Source of the DNA: a virus
IMG/VR virus record: IMGVR_UViG_3300046804_003780
Reading direction: 5' to 3' (one strand)
DNA: 64,000 nt
Numbering within the stretch: the first letter of the stretch is position 1; every line of letters starts with the position of its first letter. Positions 18,173-25,609 of this stretch are shown piece by piece. The notes below the pieces were generated by a model. It did no database searches. It was not told the DNA's origin and was given only the letters and a program-made list of their open reading frames with translations. Made by a program: the position numbers and the translations under genes.

Positions 18173-18410
18173 CTATAAGAATTAATTTTTCTAAATGGTT
18201 AATTGCTTTATTAATCTTTTCAATCTGGCTTGTTAAATGATAAGTGCGTTTAGTTTGCCTGGCTACAACTTCGCTTTTGCTTAATTCAGTGACCATACTC
18301 TCAATGTTGTTAAGCATTTGTTTGAGATCAGGGTTATAATTCATGCTTGCAAGTTGTTTCCGTAGGCTAGCACTTATGGTTTGCCAGTCCAATGCTACTT
18401 TAAGTTCCAT
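18156..18410 (-). CDS. Hypothetical helical protein
   Basis: ORF convergent with the chaperone gene. Confidence 0.7.
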   Translation of the reverse strand: MELKVALDWQTISASLRKQLASMNYNPDLKQMLNNIESMVTELSKSEVVARQTKRTYHLTSQIEKINKAINHLEKLILIAKVMD

Positions 18411-18436
18411 AAAATATTTTTTGTAAAATTGCGGTT

Positions 18437-18475
18437 TTGTAACAGAATTGTCATACTACGGCCATTAAATATTTA
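18437..18475 (+). promoter_or_regulatory. Pho box followed by a TAAATA late-type element, upstream of pstS
   Basis: TTGTAAC-agaa-TTGTCAT (11-bp period, resembling PhoB consensus CTGTCAT-N4-CTGTCAY), then 11 nt, then TAAATATT. Confidence 0.75.
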
Positions 18476-18514
18476 TTGCAAAATATAAATTTTCTTAAAA
18501 AGGAGACACACACT

Positions 18515-19540
18515 ATGAAAAAACTATTTGCAGTTTTATCTTTTGCAGTAGCAGGTATAGCAACAGCAGCAGAATTTACTGGCGCTGGAGCTACATTCCC
18601 ATTTCCAATCTACGCTAAATGGGCGGAAGCCTATAAAGCACAAACTGGAATCGGCTTAAACTATCAAAGTATCGGTAGTGGCGGCGGCATTCGTCAAATC
18701 AAAGCAAAGACAGTTGACTTTGGTGCAAGCGACATGCCATTAAAGAAAGAAGAATTAGATAAAGAAGGTCTTGTTCAATTTCCAGCAATTATTGGCGGTG
18801 TAGTACCAGTTGTTAATTTAGATGGCATACAACCTGGTCAATTAAAGTTGACACCAGAAATAATTGCAAATATACATTTAGGTAAAATTACTAAATGGAA
18901 TGATAAAGCTATTGCCGAAATTAATTCAGGTGTAAATTTACCTGCATTAAATATCACAGTTATTCATCGTGCAGATGGTTCAGGCACTACATTCATTTGG
19001 ACAAACTTTCTAAGCAAAGCTAATGCAGACTTTCAAAAGATAGTAGGCGAAGGTACTGCTGTTAAATGGCCAGTTGGTGTAGGTGGTAAAGGTAATGAAG
19101 GTGTTGCAGCACAAGTACAACGCATTAAGGGTAGTTTTGGTTATGTAGAATATGCATTTGCTAAAAGAAATAAAATTGCACATACACAATTAAAGAATCG
19201 TGACGGTAATTTTGTACAACCAGATGATAGTACATTTAAGGCAGCAACAGCAAATGCAGATTGGGTTAATGCTCCAGGAATGTATTTGTTACTAACATGG
19301 CAAAATGGAAAAGATACTTGGCCAGCAACAGGTGCTAGTTTCATCTTAATGCATAAGCAACAAGCAGATGCATTAACAGGTCGTGCAGTTCTCAAATTCT
19401 TTGATTGGAGTTACAAGAACGGCAGTCAAATGGCATCTGAATTAGAATATGTACATATGCCACAAGATGTAATTAAGCTTGTTCAGGAAAATTGGAAGAA
19501 AGACTTCCGTGGTCCCGATGGTAACGCAATTTGGAAATAA
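18515..19540 (+). CDS. pstS: Periplasmic phosphate-binding protein PstS
   Basis: Signal peptide; GAGATFP, YQSIGSGGG, DFGASD, HRADGSGTT, GKGNEGV, GYVEY; AAGGAG RBS. Confidence 0.97.
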   Translation: MKKLFAVLSFAVAGIATAAEFTGAGATFPFPIYAKWAEAYKAQTGIGLNYQSIGSGGGIRQIKAKTVDFGASDMPLKKEELDKEGLVQFPAIIGGVVPVVNLDGIQPGQLKLTPEIIANIHLGKITKWNDKAIAEINSGVNLPALNITVIHRADGSGTTFIWTNFLSKANADFQKIVGEGTAVKWPVGVGGKGNEGVAAQVQRIKGSFGYVEYAFAKRNKIAHTQLKNRDGNFVQPDDSTFKAATANADWVNAPGMYLLLTWQNGKDTWPATGASFILMHKQQADALTGRAVLKFFDWSYKNGSQMASELEYVHMPQDVIKLVQENWKKDFRGPDGNAIWK

Positions 19541-19550
19541 GGAAAATTAA

Positions 19551-20957
19551 ATGAAAACTTTTACAAAAATAGCATTAAGCCTTGCATTAGCTTTTAGTAT
19601 TCCCGCATATGCTGATGAATATCTAGACACTTTAAAAATTTTAAAGGATAAAGGCATTTTGACACAGACAGAGTATGATGTTAAAGTCAAAGAATATGAA
19701 GATAAAGCAGAAAACAAAAAATTTTCTGATCAAAGGATAGATAAAGATGTCAGCGACAACAACAAATACAGAATCGCAAGAATCAACGACGGATCTGTAT
19801 CAGAAAACGGAATCGGACTTAAATCTAAGGATGGGAACAACACTCTCAACCTTACGGGTAGACTACATATGGACTATCGTCAGTACGACCCCACTTATGG
19901 TGCAGGTCAAACCACAGATTCGTATCAAAATGTAGCTGAAGTTCGTCGTGCTAGATTTGGTGTTCGTGGTCAGTTTGCTAAAGACTTCAAGTATCAATTA
20001 CTCGCCAACTTTGGTAATGATGCTGGTTCTAGTGCAACTACGACAACTGCTGATGAAATGTGGGTAAACTATGCTGCCAATCCTGAAATGCAATTTCAGT
20101 TTGGGTTATTTAAAATGCCATTTAGTTTAGAACAGTTAACAAGTTCAAATAATATAGATTTTATGGAGCGTAGTCTTATTGGACAAACCGAAGGAGAATT
20201 TATTCCTGCAAAAGAAACAGGCTTTATGATTCATGGAATACCTAAGCCTGGTTTACTCTATCAAGTAGCAATAAGTCGTGGTCGTGGTAACAAAGATGCA
20301 GCTAACGACGGCTTTGACTATATCGGTCGTGTTGTAACTAACATTGCTGAATTACAAGGTAGTAAAGCTTATGTGTTACACTTAGGTGCAGCATATAGTA
20401 CAGGTGAGATTAAAGGCGGTGTTACACCAGCAAGTGGTAGAACAGAATCACGCAGTCAATCAGCCTGGTTCACAGGTCCAGCGTTAAGTGGTGCTACTAC
20501 AAGAACACGCCAAGGTCTTGAAGCGGCTTTTGCATATAATGGATTGAAGTTACAGGGTGAACAGTTCCAATTTAATTATGATCCTACTACAGGTAAAGAT
20601 CAGAAAATAAATGGATACTATGTACAAGCTTTGTATAACTTGACAGGTGAAAGTCACAACTATAAAGACGGTATCTTCAATTGGATCAAACCTAATAATC
20701 CAACTGATAAGGGTGGCCGCGGTGCATGGCAAGTTGGTGTCCGTATGAGTGAGTTTGATGCTAGTGATATTGCTGTAGTTGCTGGCAAATCTAATCGTGC
20801 CACTGCTATGACCTATGGAGTCACTTGGTTCTGTACAGACAATTTACGCTTCATGTTAAACTATGTAGACACAAAGTTTGACAGTTTAGTAGGAAGTTCC
20901 GGAAGTCGTGTGACTGGCGATAAAGCAGTTATGTTTAGAAGTCAATTAAGTTTTTAA
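19551..20957 (+). CDS. Phosphate-selective porin (OprO/OprP family)
   Basis: Signal peptide; GRLHMD, RRARFG, GLFKMPFSLEQLTSS, FMERS; C-terminal Phe; co-operonic with pstS. Confidence 0.88.
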   Translation: MKTFTKIALSLALAFSIPAYADEYLDTLKILKDKGILTQTEYDVKVKEYEDKAENKKFSDQRIDKDVSDNNKYRIARINDGSVSENGIGLKSKDGNNTLNLTGRLHMDYRQYDPTYGAGQTTDSYQNVAEVRRARFGVRGQFAKDFKYQLLANFGNDAGSSATTTTADEMWVNYAANPEMQFQFGLFKMPFSLEQLTSSNNIDFMERSLIGQTEGEFIPAKETGFMIHGIPKPGLLYQVAISRGRGNKDAANDGFDYIGRVVTNIAELQGSKAYVLHLGAAYSTGEIKGGVTPASGRTESRSQSAWFTGPALSGATTRTRQGLEAAFAYNGLKLQGEQFQFNYDPTTGKDQKINGYYVQALYNLTGESHNYKDGIFNWIKPNNPTDKGGRGAWQVGVRMSEFDASDIAVVAGKSNRATAMTYGVTWFCTDNLRFMLNYVDTKFDSLVGSSGSRVTGDKAVMFRSQLSF

Positions 20958-20971
20958 ATAAAAAACTTTCA

Positions 20972-20999
20972 AAAAAAAGGCACTTAAGTGCCTTTTTTT
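20972..20999. terminator. Bidirectional intrinsic terminator
   Basis: Perfect palindrome A7-GGCACTTAAGTGCC-T7. Confidence 0.88.
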
Positions 21000-21004
21000 G
21001 TGGT

Positions 21005-21041
21005 TTGTAATGGTATTGTCATACAATATATTCTAAATATT
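21005..21041 (+). promoter_or_regulatory. Second Pho box followed by a TAAATA element, upstream of the plcP-like gene
   Basis: TTGTAAT-ggta-TTGTCAT, then 11 nt, then TAAATATT; same geometry as at pstS. Confidence 0.75.
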
Positions 21042-21044
21042 AAT

Positions 21045-21854
21045 ATGAAAACACATTATCGCACTATTTTTATATCTGATGTACATTTAGGAACTAAAGA
21101 TTGTAAGGCTGAAGCTCTAAACAATTTTTTAAAAAATCAAACATGTGACACTTTATATCTTGTAGGCGACATAATTGATGCGTGGAAAATAAAACAAAAT
21201 AAATGGCGTTGGAAACAAAGTCACACAAATGTGGTACGCAGAATTTTAGGTCATGCTAAAAGAAACACAAGAGTAGTTTATGTAATAGGCAATCATGATG
21301 AGTTTTTAAGACCTTTTCTACAATACAATTTAAATTTTGGTATGGTAGAAATGCATAATCAAATTGAACATATAGGTATTGATGGTAAGCATTATCTAGT
21401 TGTTCATGGAGATTTATTCGATGGTATAACAAGACTAGCACCTTGGCTAGCAATTTTGGGAGACAAAGCATATGACGCCGTTTTATCTTGCAATACTAGA
21501 ATCAATAGCATCTTACATAGAATGGGCTTTGGTTATTTTAGTCTCAGTCACTATCTTAAACGCCGGGTAAAAAAAGCAGTGGATTTTATATTTCAATTTG
21601 AAAAGAATCTTGCTGCCTATTGTAAGAAAAAAGGTTATGATGGTGTGATATGTGGGCATATTCATCATGCTGAAATAAAAAATGTAGATGGAATAATTTA
21701 CATGAATGACGGCGACTGGGTAGAAAGTAATACTGCTTTAGTAGAACACACGAACGGTCGTTGGGAAATAATTACATGGAGACAAGAATCTGATAATGTA
21801 TTTGATGATATTGATAGCAGTACATCTGAGCGATCCAAAAGACATACCAGGTAG
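21045..21854 (+). CDS. plcP: PlcP-like (LpxH2-type) metallophosphoesterase, putative phospholipase C
   Basis: YRTIFISDVHLG, LVGDIID, GNHD (His, whereas LpxH has GNRD), HGDLFD, CGHIH, NDGDWVES; start MKTHY. Confidence 0.75.
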   Translation: MKTHYRTIFISDVHLGTKDCKAEALNNFLKNQTCDTLYLVGDIIDAWKIKQNKWRWKQSHTNVVRRILGHAKRNTRVVYVIGNHDEFLRPFLQYNLNFGMVEMHNQIEHIGIDGKHYLVVHGDLFDGITRLAPWLAILGDKAYDAVLSCNTRINSILHRMGFGYFSLSHYLKRRVKKAVDFIFQFEKNLAAYCKKKGYDGVICGHIHHAEIKNVDGIIYMNDGDWVESNTALVEHTNGRWEIITWRQESDNVFDDIDSSTSERSKRHTR

Positions 21855-21969
21855 AATAACTCTTGAATTTACTGATCAAATAACTTGTGAACAAAGTTTG
21901 CAAAGTATGACATATTGGTTAAAATTTAATAATTTTAAAATTGAAGGAAAGTGTGTTAAAAAAATATGA
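21796..21969 (+). CDS. 57-aa protein with hydrophobic N-terminus and two Cys (MYLMILIAVHLSDPKDIPG...GKCVKKI)
   Basis: Read by hand; its stop overlaps the GT2 start (ATGA); resembles 23406..23591. Confidence 0.7.
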   Translation: MYLMILIAVHLSDPKDIPGRITLEFTDQITCEQSLQSMTYWLKFNNFKIEGKCVKKI

Positions 21970-22676
21970 AATTAAGCGAAAAACTTACTATAATAATTCC
22001 ATGTAAGAATGAAGAAAATTATATAAGTAATTTACTTCATTCCTTAAGATTACAAAAAATAGGCGACACTAAAGTTATTATTGCAGACTGTTCAACAGAT
22101 AATACTAGAGAAGTAATAAAAAATAATCGTGCTTTTTTGAATATCGAAATTATTGAAGGCGGTCCTGTTGCGATTGCGAGAAATAATGGAGCAAAATTAG
22201 CTACAACACCTTACCTGCTTTTTTTAGATGCAGATGTTATATTCTTTGATAACTACGTTATTCGTGACTCAATTTTTATTATGGAGTTAGAAAAGCTTGA
22301 TTTACTTGGTGCGAAAATAAGATGCTATGAAGATAATTGGAAAGCAGAATTAAGCTTTATGATTTTTAATTGTATCAATGACATGCTAAAATATTTTTCT
22401 CCATTTGCTGTAGGTGCTTTCTTTTTAACTCGTAAAGACAAATTTGACGAATACGGTGGATTTGATGCGCGGTATACGACCTCAGAGGATTTCTTTTTAT
22501 CAAGAAAATATGAACCTGAAAAATTTGAAATCATAAATCATTATTTTGGCCAAGACTCACGCAGATTTAAAAAGATGGGATATTTTGGTATGGGTTGGTA
22601 TCTTATTAGAAATTTTATGAATCGAAACAACAAAAAATATTGGGATAAACTTGATCATACAAAATATTGGAGTTAA
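21966..22676 (+). CDS. Family 2 glycosyltransferase
   Basis: IIIPCKNEE, ADCSTD, ARNNGA, FLDAD (DxD), GGFD, SED. Confidence 0.9.
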   Translation: MKLSEKLTIIIPCKNEENYISNLLHSLRLQKIGDTKVIIADCSTDNTREVIKNNRAFLNIEIIEGGPVAIARNNGAKLATTPYLLFLDADVIFFDNYVIRDSIFIMELEKLDLLGAKIRCYEDNWKAELSFMIFNCINDMLKYFSPFAVGAFFLTRKDKFDEYGGFDARYTTSEDFFLSRKYEPEKFEIINHYFGQDSRRFKKMGYFGMGWYLIRNFMNRNNKKYWDKLDHTKYWS

Positions 22677-22680
22677 AATC

Positions 22681-22738
22681 GGACACAAACATAGAGTGTC
22701 TCTGGAACTCGTAACCAGATGCCCAATTGGGCTTTTTT
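22681..22738 (+). terminator. Two hairpins followed by an intrinsic terminator
   Basis: GACAC/GTGTC, TCTGG/CCAGA, then GCCC-AATT-GGGC-T6. Confidence 0.6.
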
Positions 22739-22759
22739 CATGGCTATAAATACTCTATC

Positions 22760-23404
22760 ATGTCCCCAACAATAGCATTATTTCTACATCAACCAAAATG
22801 TTCGGTCCAAAGCGGGAACGGAATTATTAAAGCCCTAAGCCCATACTACCGTTTCAAAATATTTACCAAACATGAGCTTGAGGATGATTTTTTTGATGAT
22901 GTGGATATAGTAGCAATTCCGGGAGGTATAGGGGATAGCGATACATTTAGATACTTAATGCGAACTAACGGACAAAGAATTCGTAACTTTGTAGCATCAG
23001 GTGGTAAGTATTTGGGAATATGCATGGGTGCATATTGGGCAGATACGGATTATTTAGGTTTACTTAATAGCGTAAGAGTAGTACAATATATAAAACGGCC
23101 AAATACAGACACTAAACGACCACATGCTAAGAACATCTATGTAAACTGGTTAGGTCAAGAAATGGGTATGTATTTTTATGATGGTTGTTCTTACGAAGGT
23201 GATAGTAGCAAATTTGAAACTATTGCCGTATATAAAAACAACGACCCAATGGCGATTATACAGGATAATGTAGGATTAATTGGTTGTCATCCAGAAAGTG
23301 AGAAGCACTGGTATGATAGTTACACTTGGATGCGCAAACATTATCATGGTGATACACATGGGCAACTATTGTTAAATTTTGTAAACTACTTATATAGGAA
23401 ATAA
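22760..23404 (+). CDS. Class I glutamine amidotransferase-like protein (BPL_N type)
   Basis: IPGG, GGKYLGICMGAY nucleophile elbow, HPE; TATAAATA 7 nt before ATG. Confidence 0.8.
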   Translation: MSPTIALFLHQPKCSVQSGNGIIKALSPYYRFKIFTKHELEDDFFDDVDIVAIPGGIGDSDTFRYLMRTNGQRIRNFVASGGKYLGICMGAYWADTDYLGLLNSVRVVQYIKRPNTDTKRPHAKNIYVNWLGQEMGMYFYDGCSYEGDSSKFETIAVYKNNDPMAIIQDNVGLIGCHPESEKHWYDSYTWMRKHYHGDTHGQLLLNFVNYLYRK

Positions 23405-23405
23405 T

Positions 23406-23591
23406 ATGTGGGCATTATTAGTTGTAAGCATTTTTGTAAACAGTCCAATAGATACAAAAACTACAGGATCAATGGAATTAAGATTTCAAACAAGAGAAGA
23501 ATGCATGGAGGCTAAGGGCAGATTTGATAATTTGCAAAGTTTTAAAAACAATAGAATTAAGACCTCATGCAGTTACAGATCATACTTATAG
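23406..23591 (+). CDS. 61-aa protein with hydrophobic N-terminus and two Cys
   Basis: ORF; putative paralogue of 21796..21969. Confidence 0.7.
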   Translation: MWALLVVSIFVNSPIDTKTTGSMELRFQTREECMEAKGRFDNLQSFKNNRIKTSCSYRSYL

Positions 23592-23600
23592 GATATCAAA

Positions 23601-23852
23601 ATGGAAGATATTATCATTGATATGAACTCAACTTTAGATTATAAAACTGTAAAAACTATAATAACGAAATATATTGAAGAACAAACTGGTAAAACTATTT
23701 GTGAAATTGTTCCGATAATAGACAAAGAAAATTTATCAGGATTTAAAATAATTTATCAAAGCGAACATTCTAGTTATTATGTCGGTAGTAATGACAAAGT
23801 TAACAGACCTCATTTAGTAGATAAAACTTTTAAACCAATGGCTTTTTATTAG
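23601..23852 (+). CDS. Hypothetical protein
   Basis: ORF with AGGA RBS. Confidence 0.7.
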   Translation: MEDIIIDMNSTLDYKTVKTIITKYIEEQTGKTICEIVPIIDKENLSGFKIIYQSEHSSYYVGSNDKVNRPHLVDKTFKPMAFY

Positions 23853-23861
23853 GAGATAATT

Positions 23862-24080
23862 ATGAAAGACATAGCTTTCCGTGTTTTTACTTATAGTTTG
23901 TTTTTTGGTTATTTACTGTTACTTGGTACAGTACTGTCTGGATGTAGTAACCAATATGATAATTGCATTGAAAAAGAAAAAGAAGCCTATAGGCAAAAAA
24001 ATCCAAAAGCAAGCTATGGACAGGTCGCTGCTAAACAACAAGAATTTGAAATGATGTGTTCAAGCTTTAAAGGGAAATAA
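23862..24080 (+). CDS. Small putative lipoprotein
   Basis: AGGAG RBS; hydrophobic leader ending in lipobox LSGC. Confidence 0.7.
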   Translation: MKDIAFRVFTYSLFFGYLLLLGTVLSGCSNQYDNCIEKEKEAYRQKNPKASYGQVAAKQQEFEMMCSSFKGK

Positions 24081-24081
24081 T

Positions 24082-24939
24082 TTAACCTAACAAATTTTCT
24101 AGCAATTGTTTGTTATTTTGTAATTCAATGGCAAGGTTAATAAAACCACTTTTAATTTTCACATTTGCGAATTGATTGTCTCCCATATATCCAAGTAAAT
24201 AAGTTGGATATATGTGATCAGATAGTGCAGCCAAAAATAAATCCATCAAAACTTGTATATTAATTTCGTGCTGTGAAACCTTAGGATCCGTTCTTGGCAT
24301 ATACATTATTGGTAAATTAAAGTCATAAAACTTATTTAAGGATTCATTAGTAATCAAGTGTTTAAAATTAAGTGTTTTTGCATATTCTTGCACTACGTGA
24401 TTATCTGTAAATAAAAATAAAGGTATAGATAAATTTAAAGAAGCAACATCATTCAATGCTTTTTTATAATCTGTGTTGTAATCTCTATGCCTTATCATAA
24501 TTGCATGATAGTTTCCCAATTGTTGTTTTTTAAATTTTATTTTTTCTGAAATTTCTTTATTCAAAACAAAATAGTGTAAAGCGTGTAAAGAGCAATAGCC
24601 TCCACCAAAAGACCTGTGTAGTAAAAACTTATGCGGTACATTTGATTGAAATGGAGCACAAACAGGATCTAAACAATCATTTGAACGTAACAGAAAATCC
24701 TGTGGAAATTCAGGATCAGAATAAAATTGTTCAATTTGTTGATTTGTTAAATCTAATTTAATATTTTTATACAAATTATTCACAGTAAAATACTTGGATA
24801 AATCTGTGTGTAAGTCGGAAAGTGTAGAATCGATTATTAAAGTTCTATCATATTTTTCAGCATAAAATATACATTTGCCTATTTGACAAAACATATCATT
24901 AATGCCGCCTTTTGGTTGACAAATTAAAAATTTTTCCAT
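24082..24939 (-). CDS. GT-B fucosyltransferase-like (NodZ/GT23-like) glycosyltransferase
   Basis: GGIND N-terminal loop, AIMIRHRD, LFLFTDN, DLFLAALSD. Confidence 0.6.
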   Translation of the reverse strand: MEKFLICQPKGGINDMFCQIGKCIFYAEKYDRTLIIDSTLSDLHTDLSKYFTVNNLYKNIKLDLTNQQIEQFYSDPEFPQDFLLRSNDCLDPVCAPFQSNVPHKFLLHRSFGGGYCSLHALHYFVLNKEISEKIKFKKQQLGNYHAIMIRHRDYNTDYKKALNDVASLNLSIPLFLFTDNHVVQEYAKTLNFKHLITNESLNKFYDFNLPIMYMPRTDPKVSQHEINIQVLMDLFLAALSDHIYPTYLLGYMGDNQFANVKIKSGFINLAIELQNNKQLLENLLG

Positions 24940-25000
24940 TAATTTAAATTTTCATATTTTTTAATTTGATTAAACAAATACATTACTGATAAATGTAAAT

Positions 25001-25022
25001 TAAAAGTGGCCCTAAGGCCACT
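25001..25022 (-). terminator. Terminator ending the tmRNA coding piece
   Basis: AGTGGCC-TTAG-GGCCACT followed by TTT on the minus strand. Confidence 0.75.
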
Positions 25023-25023
25023 A

Positions 25024-25342
25024 AACTATTTTTGGTTACAAGGCATAGTTGCCCCGAAGATCATGCTGCTAGAGCAAAAACCTCATCGTTAGCTGCGTTT
25101 GCAGTTATAGTTTTGCTTGATTGACAGTCATCGCCTACTGTGTTGTCCATATCCTTACTAATTGCCCTGTCGAAACCAAATTCAGGCCCATCATAAGAGG
25201 ATTATAGCAAATGCAATCACTATGGCTGCTAAACTATAAACAATTGTTTCGCCTACTTGATACATTCTAATCTCCTTATGGTGGACCTGCCCGGGGTCGA
25301 ACCGGGGTCCAGAACACCTTTCATTCAACTTCATACAACAAT
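25024..25342 (-). ncRNA. ssrA: Circularly permuted (two-piece) tmRNA: acceptor piece ~25342-25279, intervening segment 25278-25190, coding piece 25189-~25024; tag ANAANDEVFALAA at 25102-25061
   Basis: T-arm CCCGG-TTCGACC-CCGGG and CAGGTCC-A-CCA lie upstream of GGGCCTG (7-bp acceptor stem with G3:U70); GGTTTCGAC D-loop analogue; pk1; ATAACT-GCA resume context; tag ends in LAA-stop; downstream pseudoknot. Confidence 0.95.
25191..25265 (-). CDS. 24-aa hydrophobic peptide MYQVGETIVYSLAAIVIAFAIILL inside the tmRNA intervening segment
   Basis: TAAGGAGA RBS 5 nt before ATG; RBS plus ORF fill the segment from CCA to G1. Confidence 0.55.
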   Translation of the reverse strand: MYQVGETIVYSLAAIVIAFAIILL

Positions 25343-25470
25343 TCTTTAAGCTGTTGACAATATACTTGACATTGCCCACACCTATGATCCAGCTCAAAAA
25401 TACGCTGAATTAATTCCTCTTTTGTCTTAAAATCTGATTCTTTAATATTTCTACAAACACAAATAATCAT
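25321..25470 (-). CDS. 49-aa Bfd-like [2Fe-2S] ferredoxin (MIICVCRNIK...CGQC)
   Basis: Read by hand; N-terminal CxC and later CxxC as in bacterioferritin-associated ferredoxin; 3' end overlaps the tmRNA. Confidence 0.6.
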   Translation of the reverse strand: MIICVCRNIKESDFKTKEELIQRIFELDHRCGQCQVYCQQLKELLYEVE

Positions 25471-25471
25471 A

Positions 25472-25609
25472 TTAGTCAAAAAGATTTTCATTAGTATCTT
25501 TAGGCTTTATCCACTCATGATACACAAGTAGCATTGCTATTGAGATGCAACCCATAAGCATAACGCCCAAAAGAAACCCGATGATAAAATATAATTGCTC
25601 AGTTCCCAT
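25472..25609 (-). CDS. 45-aa single-TM protein (MGTEQLYFIIGFLLGV...)
   Basis: Read by hand; TAAATA at 25631-25636 upstream. Confidence 0.6.
   Translation of the reverse strand: MGTEQLYFIIGFLLGVMLMGCISIAMLLVYHEWIKPKDTNENLFD

Noticed and set aside
21045-21854. Lipid A enzyme LpxH
   Set aside because: GNHD rather than GNRD, plus the Pho-box/pstS/GT context, favours PlcP; not formally excluded
18515-22676. Host chromosomal contamination (pstS, porin, plcP; likewise sgaA)
   Set aside because: No pstCAB/phoU; the genes carry phage-type TAAATA/TAAGTA elements and are interleaved with small phage ORFs
25279-25312. tRNA gene or tRNA-like integration-site fragment (T-arm plus CCA)
   Set aside because: No anticodon arm upstream; its acceptor partner lies downstream together with a tag ORF, so it is the acceptor piece of a permuted tmRNA
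25191-25397. 68-aa ORF from the track spanning the tmRNA
   Set aside because: TTG start without RBS, crossing the T-arm and overlapping the Bfd-like ORF; only the last 24 codons have an RBS and ATG
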